Below, one piece after another: positions 9,876-24,191 of a stretch of DNA of 64,000 bases. The notes under the pieces were generated by a model. It was not told where the DNA came from, searched no databases, and saw nothing but the letters and a program-made list of their open reading frames with translations. Every line of letters begins with the position of its first letter. Position 1 is the first letter of the stretch. Source of the DNA: Nageia nagi (Eukaryota; Plantae; Pinophyta); the NCBI GenBank assembly GCA_050084985.1, contig JBITNC010000001.1, positions 80,724,001-80,788,000 of the forward strand, written 5' to 3'. The translations under genes and the position numbers were made by a program.

Positions 9876-11910
9876 TACTTAATTTACTAAAATATTCCCA
9901 AATTATCCTAAAACTATAAAAATACTCCTAAATAGCTAAGAGAGCACCATGAGGGTGCACATCCCATTCATAGTTTCAAAGTGAGTGAGATGCCCCAATT
10001 TGGAAATATTACAGTCAATGTGATGAAATTGATTTATGGTTAAAATTTTGAGGCACATGTTATAAGTTAATGGTCTTATCCATACCCACAATGTTGTCCT
10101 CCAATCATAAAATACTTGTAAATTTTTCTCAATCAATTTAATTTAATAATTATTTAATTTAATTATCCTTGTGTGATAAGTTAATAGTATTGTTTATACC
10201 CACGATGTTGCTCTAACATTAATTTAATATTAATCAATTTAATTTCATAAGAAGATAAAATAATTAATTAATGTAATATATTAGAATGAATTAAATAATA
10301 AAATAATTAATTAATATTTTAATTATTTCAAAATAATAAAACTAAAGAGCAATAGAAGAATAATATCATCATATATAGTATAAGCGAGGATATATGTAAC
10401 AAAGCTAATGTGGAGCTAAGTTATAGTAGAAACAAACTAGGGTAGAATGAGAAAAAACTAAGGCATAACTGTGCACATGAACTAAGGTACAACCACAAAA
10501 AAAATGCATCCACCCCTTACCAAAATGTACCTGACAAGGAGCCTCGACAATGGCCTACATATGATTATCCACCACTTCTTACGCCAAATGGAGCACAAAA
10601 TAGGGCAAATGTTAAGGAAGCACTTGAGTGGATTAACATTTTCATACAAGATAGGGAGAAGCTCAAAGAGGAAATAGAAGTGAACATTCAAGCAAGGATA
10701 GTTGAGAATGAAATTCAAATCATAGTACTAAAGAAAATTATTAACCGAGAAATCAATCATTTGAAGAATTTCATTATCGAAAGGTTCGTAAGAATCAAGT
10801 AAACGTTGGATGTAATTTGAAGATGGATGTTCAAAAATTGGAATACTATAGCGCGAGTGGAATTAATGGTTTTTCTGAGAGAATTTATACTTTTCAAATT
10901 TTTCATTGAAGAAGATATCAAGAAAGTGTTGGAAATGATCCCTTGGTTTTTGGGTAGAAAAGGCTTAATTTTGAAACACTAGCATAAAGATTTTAACCCT
11001 AAGATAGAGAATTTAAACATAATTCCAACATGGATCAATCTTCCAAATTTGCCAACGGCATATTGGGATACAAGTTTGATTGCATCAATTGCTAAAGGAC
11101 TAAGGGAATTGATTTCAATAGAGAAAGGAACAAGAGAGCAAACCAAAATGACTGATGTGTGATTTTGCATCTATATTGTTATCTCAAAGGAGCTCATAAA
11201 GTGGATTTTTTAATGAAGAAGATGGAGGCACATGGGAATAAGAGGTGGTATATTTGAATCTCCCTTTTTAGTGCACTTATTGTAAATAATTCAACCACTA
11301 TGCAAAGGATTACCCAGAAAGAAAGAAAGCAATATTGGAAGAAGCTAAGATAAATAAAGAAAAATAAATAAATAAAATGAGTAGAAAATGATCCATAAGC
11401 GTAATTATAAAAAGTAAGATCAACAAAAGAATCATAAAAGACAACAAGGGGTGAAAGAGACTAATTTTAAAAGCAAAAACTCCTTTGATGCCTTGCAGGT
11501 AGGCAAAATCACCTACATGAAAGAAGTACGATAAAAAAAAATCATGGAAATGAAGCAAATATACAGCCAAAAGACAACGAAACAATAGAAATGGAAATGG
11601 ATAAAAATTCTAAGAAAAAGGGATCGAAACACAAAAGACAAAGAAGCGAAACAAGCCAACAAAATGATAGGTAACAAATGAACAAAGAATGTGTGATATC
11701 AAAGATAAATGAAGAAGGTATTAGGAAGAATGAAGAATAATAAATCAGTGAACATAAAGTAAAGAATGCACCAAAATGAGAGAATCCATCTATGAAAGGA
11801 TAAATAAGAGCTAAATATCTTCCACCATGAAGGGAGGATGGGAAACAAACAGTGGGAAGAAACTCATAATTAGACTTGGATAGAAAGAAGGAAAAAGAAA
11901 CCATCTGAAT

Positions 11911-14900
11911 TGTTGGAATACTCCATATTGCTCCTAAGTCCTAAGTTTTAAATTCAAATGTTTAGTATTTAGGTGATTTTCCATTTATTAAGATTTTAAA
12001 TTAATAACTTGATTAGTCATGCTTGACTAAATCTTAAGCTTGCTAGGTGTATAATAATTGATCATAAGATCCTAATCATAAGCATTTAGGTGTCATTTTG
12101 GATAATGGTTGAATGATTATTTTCTCAACCATTTCTATATTTAGCCATATCCATGGGCTATATATACTTGTAATGTTTCTAAGTTTAATAAATCAATCTT
12201 ACAATTTGTTCTCATTTGGTATCATAACCCTAGGTATCATAACCCTACGGTCTGAAGGATTAGATAAAAATTTTAGTCGAGATTTGCTCATTCTTGAGAA
12301 GCTCAATTCTGCCATTGAAAAGTGTGAATCTATGCATTCACCAATATAAGAATCGTAGAGTTGGAATTTGTAGATCTAGAGAATTGTAGAGTTATCAGTA
12401 TTCTAAGAAAATCGCCCGCGCTTAGATCTAAATCACTGGCGATCCAAAGCAATCGCTAGCAATCAGACCTATGTCTGTAGAGAAGATCGATTCTAGTCAA
12501 CCATTGCCTGAGTCTGTTCAGTAGGTGACCCGCACCCAGATCAGCTTGAGAATAAGAAGCCTGTGAAAGAGTAGGTTACTGCAATCCAAACTCTCGTAGC
12601 GTTGTGAGAGTAGGTTACTGCATGAATAGAAAGAGAAATCAGCATGTGAAAAAGAAGATCGTGTGAGGAGTCCGTGTTGTAAAGAGGAGGACGACCCCGA
12701 ATCTGAAGAAGTGATAGCGCCTAGCTCGTAAGGTGATTTGCTCTTGTTGACTGTGGATATGCAGTTGGAGACGTGCTGATTGAGAAGAGTGTACCTGAGA
12801 TCTATAGACCTATTGCGTTGTGGCAAGAAGAGTCCTGTTGTGTTTAGTATAGACGACAAGAGCTCAGAGTGCGGAGAATTGTATCATTGTATCATAATCG
12901 TGTTGTGGAAGACTGTATAAACCGAAAGTGAGGAGAATTACAAGCTGTGTAGATTGTAGAAAGGAGCCTGCACTAGTGAAGAGGGAGGGAGGTTGTTGAA
13001 GACCAAGCCCGCATAGAGGACGTAAATTGCATTTGTTCACCTGCTGTTGTTCATTTTTTTTATGTCATCATTACGAATAGAGTCTCACATTCAAAGGAGT
13101 TATAATCTGCCCATCATAGGGAAACCAGATATGGAGTTGACGTGATGCTGCTATGAAGAGAAGTGATTTGCTATTGATTAAAGACTGACGAAGTCATCCA
13201 CTGTTTGTTAAATTGGAATAATTGCTGACCAGTATAGTGCAAGGCATACGGTTCTAAACCTTCCTTATTTTGAGAGGTGGAGCAGTGCTGCCAAGAAAAA
13301 AAGTTGAAGCAACCTATAGTTAATTGTTCATTATGTTTAAGAAGACAAAGAAATAGAAATCCATTTGTTTACAAAAGCTTGGCCAGCATTTGTAAAATTT
13401 TTGGATATTATGATACGCTTAAGAGGGTGTCATGTTGTTCTTCTCCAAAACATAGATGAAATATTTGATTGAGAAGTGCATATTCATGGTATAGCCTCAG
13501 TTTGTATCACCATCAAGAATTATATAGTTGAACAACAACTTTTGTCTGATGACTACGAAGGAGATTCTGAAGATAATAGTGACTTATATAGTGGTTCCCC
13601 CACTCCAAGTGATTTTGAAGATGAAGATTACATTCCCCAACAATCTAAGATTGAGGATTTTAACCATGAGGTGTACAAAGAATCTGATTACGAATACACA
13701 CATGCACCACAAGGGGATCTTGAGATAATTATAATCAGGAGTGATAGTGACACATGCAAACATGATATCATTATCATCAGCAGTGACGATGAAGAAGAGC
13801 CAATTGAACTTCCACCAAAGATTGTGATAGTGAGTGATGGTGATCCTGCATTTGAAGAAAGTGAACCAATGGAAGAAAAACCGAATTGGTTTGACTTAAA
13901 TATGTAATCTTTCTTTATTTCTTATTGAAGAATAATTGCTTTATTTACAAAGAAAGTTGAATTTTTTTTTTAGTATATGGTCATGATGGCAGATATGTTT
14001 ACAAACTTGGAGGTGTCAAGTTTCAATGGAGAATACTATGCTTATTGGAGCATAAGAATGACAACATTACTCAAGGCGAAAGACCTTTGGAGCATTATAG
14101 AAGATGGGTATGAGGAACCCACTTAGAATTTTCTACAAGGTGAAGAAAGAAAAAAGATAAAAGAGAAGCAATATGCAAATTGCTTAGCTCTTATGGATCT
14201 AAGAAGAGCCATGGAAAAGAATGTTTTCCCTCTCTTAGCAAAGTGTCAAATAGCCCAAATGGCATGGAAATTATTGGAATCTATTTTTGAGTGTAATGTG
14301 GACACTCATCATATGAGCAAGGGGAAGCTATTTCCCTTTATCAATCCTTTCGAATTTTTTGAAGATCTATGTGAATACATGTCTTATGAAGAAGGCATGC
14401 ATGATGAATTCTTTCTCGAAAAGAAAGATGTTGACAAGTACCTTCAAGCTAAAGAGGAAGATGATGAAATTAAGCCTTTGAAACTCTCATTGAGGAGAGT
14501 AAAAATGATGAACTTCTTCTTATGAAAAAGAGAGGAGAAGATGAAAAATGTCTCATGGAGGAGACATATCAGCCATTTGATGTAAAGTGCTCCATGGAGG
14601 AGGAACCAAAGAACGAACACATTCTCAAGGAGGAGAATGAAAAGGCTCAAGATATGTGGGATGATAATCCACATAAAAATGAAGAAGCATATGAAGATGC
14701 AAGTTTGCAAGAAGAGACTTGGAAAGTCTATGAGAAAAACCTCAAGAGAAGAGGAGTATTTCCTTCCAAAGGAAGAGGATGCCAAAGAGGATTTGCTTCA
14801 TGTCGAGGAAAAGAAGAGATTGAATTGAGTTTGAAAATGTGATTTCACCATACTTCAACAAGAAAGAGGCTCAAGAAAAATTTAGTAGTGGTTACCAAGG

Positions 14901-16083
14901 AATGATGGCAACAAGTGAAGAATGGTGTTTAAACACACTAATGCAGAATGTGTCAAGAAGAAAAACCCTTGCTGAATAGTTCATGATTATTTCAAAAGAA
15001 ACAAGCAATCTATTACAAAATAGCTTTATGGGAAGCACCAAATCCAATCACACTAGAGGTAATGTTCTTGTGATTAATAATGATTTATTTTTTGTAAACA
15101 TATATTTGAAGCCATCAAATGAAGACTTGTGACAAGTGCAAGATGTACATCTCTCATAGAAAGAATCATTTGCAAGCTTTGATGCTTGCCTTATGAAGAT
15201 TTTAGTAAAGACAATGGAGAGCTTGGGTCACATGGATCCAAATGATGTATTAAAAATTCCTTGTGATAAGGAATATTGTAAAGCCATTATTTTGAGTGAA
15301 CATTTGTGTGAGGAGCAACAATTTATTACATTTGTAACTAGCTATTGTATAGCTATATTTTATTTGAAAATCTATCTAGAGGTCTGTGAGGTTGTTGTAT
15401 GGTAAAACCACCTACATGAGATTATTCAATGTACATACTCAAGTGGAGTATTAGGAGCTAAATGGTTAAATACCATCACATGAGAGAGGAAAAGGATGTG
15501 AAAAATTGGTTACATAGAACCAATATTTTGGGCATTATGAAGATGTACTCACTAGAAGAAGCTTTTAATGAAGGGGGAGTAGCTCATCAAAAGAAGGCAC
15601 TTGGTCATTTGCATCAAGCAGGAGCAACATCAACAAGGAAGGAGTGCCACCACACAGTTTTTGCAACTTTTAATTTTCTAATCCATGATTGGAGGAAGTG
15701 TAAGAGATAGTGTTTCTTCCAAACTTTGTGATGCTTAAAGAACTCATGGAATGAGTTCCTTTCGCATCAAGGGGGAGAATGTTGGAATACTCCATATTTC
15801 TCATAAGTCCTCAGTTCTAAAATTCAAATGTTTAGTATTTAGGTGATTTTCCATTTATTATGATTTTAAATAAATAGCTTGATTAGTCATGCTTGACTAA
15901 ATCTTAAGCTTGCTAGGTGTATAAGAATTGGTCAAAAGGTCCTAGTCATAATCATTTAGGTGTCATTTTGGATAATGGTTGAATAGTTATTTTCTCAACG
16001 ATTTCTATATTTAGCCATATCCATGGGCTATATATACTTGTAATTTGTCTAAGTTTAATATATCAATCTTACAATTGTTCTCA
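11911..16083 (+). mobile_element. Non-autonomous copia-type LTR element (gag fragment only, no pol)
   Basis: 304-bp LTRs 11911-12214 and 15780-16083 (roughly 93% identical by eye); PBS tggtatca 12217; PPT aagggggagaa 15769-15779; TSD tgaat 11906-11910 / 16084-16088. Confidence 0.92.
13983..14525 (+). pseudogene. gag: Copia gag N-terminal region with in-frame stop
   Basis: MMADMFTNLEVSSFNGEYYAYWSIRMTTLLKAKDLWSIIEDGYEEPT*...AQMAWKLLES; preceded by acceptor-like tttttttttag. Confidence 0.8.
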
Positions 16084-19000
16084 TGAATATGATCATGTTG
16101 TAACATAGCTATCGCTTAGAAGAATTTTGGTGGTTGGCTAACATCAGGTTATGGCTATGTTGGATTAGAAATAATATGTGATGTAATGTAATAAGTTTTG
16201 GGATCTTATCAAAACACTTTTTTTTATAATACATTTACCTTTTATCAAAAAAAATATCATCATATAGTGAGGAGTTTGGGTACACCAACTAGATAAAATA
16301 CCATCCAACCCTATTTTACCACCTCCACTAAAAACCCCTTTGCCTTAGTAACCCATTCCCCACCTAGTAAACCTTCCCCTGCTACCCATGAAAAAAACCT
16401 CTCCCCCCTCCACTTATATGTACCAATTTATCGATACTTCACCTTGATATTAAAAATACCCCCTCATAGTACTCACGTGTTATTTACCATTTCCTACTAA
16501 TACATATCCCATGTAAGAAAGTGACTATAGTAATAAGAGAAAAAGAATACAATACTAAGAGCATAAATATTTAGGTAAGATGCAACTAATACACTAAGCT
16601 ATAAAATGGATGTAAAGGTAATGAAAGAAACAACAATATAAGAATTACCAAAGAAAGAAGGATGAACCAAAATAGTTTTTTTTAATTCATCTTAGAGGTT
16701 TTAGAGTCCTCAAACCATTACAAAATAAGTTGGTTTTAAAATATTCATTTCTTACAGTAGCCTATTTGAAACCTATGTAATCAAAAAGTAGTGTATATCC
16801 TATACTAATCATTGTTACATATATATTTTAAATAAAAAAAATCATCAACAATACATCACTCTGAATTACCATTCATGTGCTTCACAAATGCCTCCTAGGT
16901 ATCTACATCTTTCATAACTTCTTGTATTAACTTAACATAATGCATTACTTTGACCAAAAGTAGATTTAGGCAAGCTACAATGCTTCTAAAGTTTAGGAAA
17001 TATCGAACATTAGATTAATATTAAGCTTTATCTCTTGTATTTTTACCTTTCTTTTTTCCTCTTGTGCATCAACTTCTTCCTCTTGGTTCAAGTCCCTAGG
17101 TGCCTCCTCATGGCTCAAATCCTTGACTACCTCCTTGGAAGCTACCTTGGTCCTCTCATCCATTGATTCCTCCTCTAAGGAATGATTAATGGTTTCCTCC
17201 TTTGAACTTGGGTCCTTTGTTGTCTCCTTTCCTTATTTTGTCTCATGCAAACTGGTGGGATGCAATTTTGGTACATCATCCTTTGTATCCTCCTTATTTT
17301 TTATTGCTTCATTTAAGTTATCATAATAAAAAATAGCCTTATTTTTGCATCTTTATTTTGCCCTTTTTATTTGCATTTGGGTTGAATTCATCAACATCAA
17401 ACTTTGATAGGTCCTTGCTTGTTACCTTTGATTTCCCCTTATTGCTTTCACATGAATCTTTCCAACCACACCCAACATGTACTACACCTTTGTAATGGGG
17501 ATATCGTTCTTTCAATATGTGACTCCTATATTTCAAGCTCCCTTATTAGTAGCCACATGCAAGATAATCATGTTTAGTAATCCCTAATGTAGAATTTTAT
17601 TTTTTTTTGCTTTCTTAATAAACTTCTCTAAATAACTTATTACCAATTTAGCAATCCTATCTTATGGTTTTAGCAATTATTCCCTGGTAATATCTAAATG
17701 TAACCAACATAATGACTCATCATCCTTTAGGAATTTAAGAAGTTTCTCTTGTTAGTTCATTTTCTCCCTCAAGACTATGTTTCATGATTTTGAAAATCCT
17801 AAAACCTCTAAAATTAGTTGGGCAAAAATAATAAAACTCAACTCGTCCACTTCCATAAATCCATTATCCCAGTAGATAAGCACTTGTCGAGAGATGTTCT
17901 CATCATGAGTTGTTGAATAAATAAAAAAACTCATATGTTAATAGTAAAGAGATGATATTTATTTTAGCTCTAAAGGTATTAGTTTCTATGTACATAAGGT
18001 CTCCCTCATTTTATTATCCTAACTTTGTTACAACACATACATAGGAGAAGGCATAATAGAATTGCATAATTCACAATAACACAACACAAGAATTGTAGTC
18101 TCCATAGCCAAATTTAGCAAGTGAGTTACATGTGTAAAATTGTAAGACTAACCCTCTCAACCAATTCCAAGTTTCCTAAGGGTCATCAATACATGATGCA
18201 TGTATATCCTTTCCCTATTCCTTTGTTAATTTCCAATATCACTCTACATAAACCTATTATTCCCAACACCATGGTTTACATGGCCTCTTACATGCTACAT
18301 ATCAACTTCAATTTTTTGGGTGATTTCTTAATTATCCCCAAGAATGGATCCTTATAGGTCCCTCAACTAATTTCTTTTTATTGATAAATTAAATGCTATT
18401 ATAAGAAACACTTGGAATCAAAAAAAAAAAAAATTACATATATACCCATTCAAACTTCATGAATATCGAGAGAGAAATTTTGAATGCCTTACATAATAAT
18501 GTAAAAAGTGGGATGCAAAAGGAAAGGCCTTGACAACACAACTAAATAATTGCATAAATAATAGAGATGTTAATATGATAAAAGCATTATGACATCACAT
18601 ACATAGTAAATACACTATGAGATGGGGATGTGAAAAATCTTACTTCGTCTCTTCCTCTTTTATGTTAAAAATATTCAATTAGGTTATAATTAGAAGTTGT
18701 ATTTTAAAATATGTTTAATTTGTAAACTGAGCTCAAATAGAAATAAAAACCAAGTGTAGGTATAAGTATAATCCATATAGGTCATATGGATTCTATAGAT
18801 ATCTCAAATACACCATTTTTTACAATAATGATAAGATTATTATTAAGATAATAAAATAAATCCTTATAGGTTTATATATTTTGTATATACTATATTATTT
18901 TTTTATTTTACTATTTATAATTTTTATTTTTTAGATTAATCTTAACATAGCTTTCTAATGAACACTTATAATAGTTAATTGGATTTATTCTTTCAAAGTT

Positions 19001-19146
19001 ATGATGTTTGAAAGTCAAGTTGACTATTCCAAATTTTCTTCCAATAAATATAATTTCAATAAACCCACAATCTTACACTAACTATGATAAGTATAGTTCA
19101 ACCAATAGAATATGATAAGTGTCATGCATACATAAGTTGGAAATTT

Positions 19147-19290
19147 GTTGGTTGAGTTGGTCATGTTGTGACCCTATTTCATAGAGTGTCCCATGTTCAA
19201 ATGCCACTAAGAGTGATACAATGTACTCCGTACAGTCATCCCATAGATCATTTTTGGTCTCCCACGGAAGTTAATGAAAATTCTTTCCTC
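19147..19290 (+). mobile_element. Possible degenerate tRNA-derived SINE head
   Basis: A-box-like tggttgagttgg 19149-19160 and B-box-like gttcaaatgcc 19195-19205 at plausible spacing. Confidence 0.35.
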
Positions 19291-19619
19291 TTTATGATGC
19301 AATTTTTACTTCCTATTATAATATTTACATGCTTATATATACAAACCATGTTTTAGCATACAACATTACTAGAAAAAATAACAAGGGGTATATACATGCT
19401 AACAACAATGGAAGATAATGAATTAAAAGAGCTTATGAAAATCATAAATTTTAACATGTTCTATATATAGATTGAATATAGATTTATCTTCAACATTATA
19501 AGATAATTCCTAAGGTGAAACATTAAAATATTTTATAATCATAAAAAATACTCTTAAGGTTTACACTTTATTATTACAATAACTTAACCCAAATATAATA
19601 AGGGGCATATCCCCAAGGG

Positions 19620-19900
19620 GACACCATGGTTGCAAACTGATTCAAATAGGTGGGAGGAGGTCACAAGTTCAAATCCCCTTGATGGATCCTTGGTGGTACT
19701 ACGTGGTTGCAGTTTAGATGCATTTTGGTTGTATTGTGACCAGCTTGTGGGGCTAGGATAAAAACCCTCATGTAAAAAAGTCCCACCTGGGCAAAGAACA
19801 CATGATTTACCTGAGTCCTATGATTTGCGAGAAAGATCATGACTCCAATATGATTAATGGCTATAGTTGACACACACACACAGATAATATATATATAAGA
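19620..19900 (+). mobile_element. Possible SINE-like insertion
   Basis: B-box gttcaaatccc ~19666; GC-richer than flanks; (CA)n/(TA)n tail. Confidence 0.3.
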
Positions 19901-20109
19901 AGGGGCCATGGACATATATTATACATCATGGAAAAATAAACATAAAAAAAAATACAAATTTTGGAAATAATTGAAAGAAGAAGAATACATTTAAATATAC
20001 TTAATAAAATCTATAACACATGTGTACCCTATAGATGCTCCATGTGTTTACAATACACTCGAAGGAATTCGAAATGATATTAAGTATAATGTGTATACAT
20101 TATTTTTGG

Positions 20110-20203
20110 ATTTGTAAGATTACACCATATTGCCATTTCTTTTATTATTATTATTATTATATATAAAATAAAAGAAATGGCAATATGGTGTAATCTTATA
20201 AAT
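20110..20203. repeat. Inverted repeat with 32-bp perfect arms and AT-rich loop
   Basis: taagattacaccatattgccatttcttttatt 20115-20146 is the exact reverse complement of 20167-20198. Confidence 0.9.
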
Positions 20204-21759
20204 TAGGGCATGAAATAAATATGTGATAAATCAAACCAATGAAGCATAACAATAATTGATCTTTCATACATCACCGTGAAACATATAAATTAATACTTCT
20301 ACAACTAATTTGATGAATTTAACACATTCAAAGAAGCCTCTAAAAATCTCTTGGGTAGTACTTGAAAATTTAAGGTTTTAGGGGACACTTATCCTGAATT
20401 TATAAGGTTTTATAACCAATCTCAATTATGATCAACATCCTCATATTTAGTACCAAAAACCAAATATAAAATGAAAGAATTAATTGACACTTAAAATGGA
20501 TAAATGATGTCTAAACAAGCATCTAGGTCAAATTAGTATCCCATTAATTTTTTTTTAGGATCAAAATTATTCAAAAAAAGGAGGGACAATAATCTTGTCT
20601 TACTATAATAGGAGGGAAAAGGTCCTTTTTTTTTAGATTTTTGGAAAAATAAAAGTTTCAAGAGTTGTTTGATCACTTCAAGACTTCATCTTTAGGGTTT
20701 GTTTATCTTGATTTGACCAAAATTATTCATTTTTCAATGAAATTATCTTTAACTTTGCATGTGATGAGAGAAATATTTTCTTCATGAACTTATCTATGTA
20801 TTTGACAACCTTGGGAGAGCTCATATGGAGAAATGAATGTTCAAACAAGCCTCTAAACTAGATTAGGATCTCACAAAATCTTTCTATTATTGAAAACTCA
20901 TAAAAAAATTAGAGGAATATATATCTTTTTGTAAATTTAAAAGTTACTATGGAGTGATTTCAAACAAAATGGTAACCACCACTACCTTTCCCTCATTCCA
21001 ACTTGCAACCATCTGATGTGCAATCCTAATATCAATTCCCTTGAACAAGAGCAAGAAATCCATGTATACCACTTTCCTTATAACCTCCTTCACATCATCA
21101 CTGATAAGCAATTAAGGAGGCTCCAACTTGAGGTCCTTATGTGCTGCAGTTTCCTCCATACTCTAAATACTCATCAACCTACAAAAACTCCCACTCACCT
21201 AAGGAAACTATAAGAGACAACAACGAAGAAATTTCACACCCTCTTTAGGCTTTAAGGGGAAATAAAAATATCATTCATCACATCAATAGCCAATCCACTA
21301 CCTTTCATTATGGACTTATCACATAATCTCTCTCGTGATTCATCATATACCACCTCTTATATGGCCTTTGATGCAACATATTCCTCATATTACATTCTCC
21401 TTTTCCTATGGTGCACAAAAAACCATGATGGTCTCTATATGAATTCGTACCTAGAGACTTGGATACTCTGTCATGTGTGCTAAACATCCATATAGTAACT
21501 CCCTTACTCCTCCCTTTGGATTGAAAGTTTATTTCAAAATTTCTTTTTGGGGTAATGCAACAAATATTATGATTGAAACTAAGATTTTTATTTTATAATA
21601 ATTTAGCTCTTTAATATAAAATATAATTTTAAGAATAATTAGAAAGGTAAGTGATACAAATTATTATGGGTACTTTGTGATATCTATGTACCTTAACATT
21701 CATAAGTATTAACAAGTTTTTTTTATAAAAAAATATTCTTAACTTACTAAGACAAACAT

Positions 21760-22000
21760 AATATGATATCTTTCTTGCATAACAAGATTCTCCATAAACA
21801 CTTGGTGGTCCTTAATGCAACAATATCTTTTATGATCATGATAAGGTTGACCATAATAATTTAGTGTTCCTTAATACATCAATATCTTTCTTAGCATAAT
21901 AAGGTCCCCCATGTATAGTTAGTGGTTATTCATACAATATCATGTTCTTGAAAATGACAAGATCACCATATACACTTGTTGATCCTTAATACAATAACAT
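21760..22000. repeat. Degenerate ~59-bp tandem repeat (about 4 copies)
   Basis: Recurring ccttaat(a/g)ca.caatatcttt...ataagg..ccat units. Confidence 0.55.
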
Positions 22001-24191
22001 AATATATACACCTTAGTATATATAATAATCAATGCAAATTTTCTTTCAATATACTTCCATAGCTTAGAATAAATACTAATAATTATTATTATTTTTTTAC
22101 ATCCAACACATGTCTCCTTTAATTATATACAATGTAGGTATATATGTTGATGATAGCAATAATAATAGTTTTTATTATGGTAGCCCATGGATTGATCACC
22201 TAAAAGTCCCATGTCTTTTTCACTTTTTACTTTAGATGGTTCGCTTTAACTCCCCCTTCTAGCAAAGGCGAACACATAAAGTAAATGTAATATGTAGACA
22301 ATCACAATTATTCTTTTACTATATTTCGTGTTATTTATATTCATACATTTTACTTGAAAATAGTTTAAATAATTTAAAATTAGAAATAGAGGGATATTTA
22401 TCCCAATATTGAGCCTTTCTTCCACACATTAGATCATTGTACATACAATTACCCATAAGTAGACCTTCACCCTTACTCCACCTTACTTCAAACTTTCTAG
22501 TCTATTAAGATTCCTTTCAAAGCTAACATTAAAATCACAAATCATATTTAAAGCATTAATATAACTTATTTCACTCATTCAAATGATTCTTAATTTTAAT
22601 TAGATTATACTTACTATTGATATTGCAAATTTTTACTCTTTTATAACTCTTTATCAAAAGTCAATGATTCCTTCAAGAAGAAACATGGTAATACACATCC
22701 ATCTCATATTTACAATTTCAAAGAAAATTCATGTTTTCAACAAGATAAAAAATATTTCTTGTAATATAATGTGTAATAAACTTTACTTCTATACTTAATA
22801 TTCTTCTATTATAATAGTTAACTACAATTATGATTTAGAATTTGATCTATGTAGAATGATAATGACATCCATATAAAATAGTATTAATATTCATGCAACA
22901 ACATATGGTATTGAGATGCTTTCTACAATTTCCATACCCTTGTCCTTGTATTTTTAACATCATAATAAATATTTTATTATTTGAATATTTGTGAATTCAT
23001 TTTTAAATTTTAAATAAGGATACTCAAACTCCTTTTACATGTTCTACCATGTAGGGGTGAATAGATTTGAACATGGGCCTTTTATGGAATATTTGTATCA
23101 CTTCCCCAACTCTCTTAGTATGAATGGACATTATTTATATAATTTTAATTTTACAATCTTAATACAATTTTTGATGGGATTTAATGAAAATGAATGAGAC
23201 CTGATCCTTGTATTTGAGGGATTTGAGCTAGATCTAAACAAATCCTTTAGGACCTTAGACTAGGAAACTCAAGTGTACACAAGATAACACAATCACTCAA
23301 GATAACACATCAATATAATGTGGTTCCTCCCTCCTTGGGAGTACATCCACAACTAGTTCTCTTATTCTCAAATCTATGTCTCTCTTACAACTATTCTCTA
23401 GCTCTCTCCTACACAACCAAGTAGAGTAATCTTACTCAAAACTTAGATATGTTTACAAGAGGAGAGGCCCTCTATTTATAGGTTGAGAGCACCTCCCTAA
23501 CCTTCCTTTAACCTAAGGGTAAGGTTAGGGTTACATTAAATGTATCACCAAACTTCAACCTACCAACTAACTCCTTTGGTAAAGTCAAAGTCTACATATT
23601 AAAGAATTCTATTAATCACTTAAGGTATCTACATACCCTTAAGTGATTAATTGAATTTACAAGGAGTCTAGATATTCACAATATTTCATTACAAATTCTA
23701 ACACTCCCCCTTAATGCAATATTGGGATAGAGCGTAGAAGAGAGAAGAGAGAGAGTAAGAGAGATTTCTCCTCCATAGAGATACAAGTGGAGATGAGAAC
23801 TTTTACATATTTTGAGAATCTTTTTGAGAACTAGTATGAGACTCACTACATTACCATTTGACAAAAAAATGGTTTACAATACAATCATTAACCACAACTG
23901 GTTTCACTGTACATAGTAGTCGATCAACTTTAAGCTGACATGTGAGTCTCTATGAGCTTGCTTTCACAAGGTGAGTAACCTGCATTTCTAAAGAAGATCC
24001 TGCATGCTACAAGCAACTCATGAACAAAATCAGTTAGATGCATCATATATTCAAATAAGAGAATTAAATAATGCCATCTTATAAATAACTGATCAATGGT
24101 GCACTATAAGCCATCACGGAGATGCCAAGCCATCACTCATAGTCACCTGTTGTATATAGACATGTGTTGATTTTAAAATAGAGCATAAAAT

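Larger units (their letters stand above)
10376..16254 (+). mobile_element. Degenerate L1-type LINE derivative, ORF1 only (~1.7 kb net), interrupted by an LTR element
   Basis: DUF4283-like PWFLGRKGLILKH*HKDFNP...PTWINLPNLPTAYWD and degenerate knuckle CTYCK*FNHYAKD; ends ttatcaaaaaaaa; TSD aatatcatcatata 10362-10375 / 16253-16266. Confidence 0.72.

Noticed and set aside
16900-18400. Decayed coding-like minus-strand stretches
   Set aside because: Probably ancient TE remnants but too degenerate to assign.
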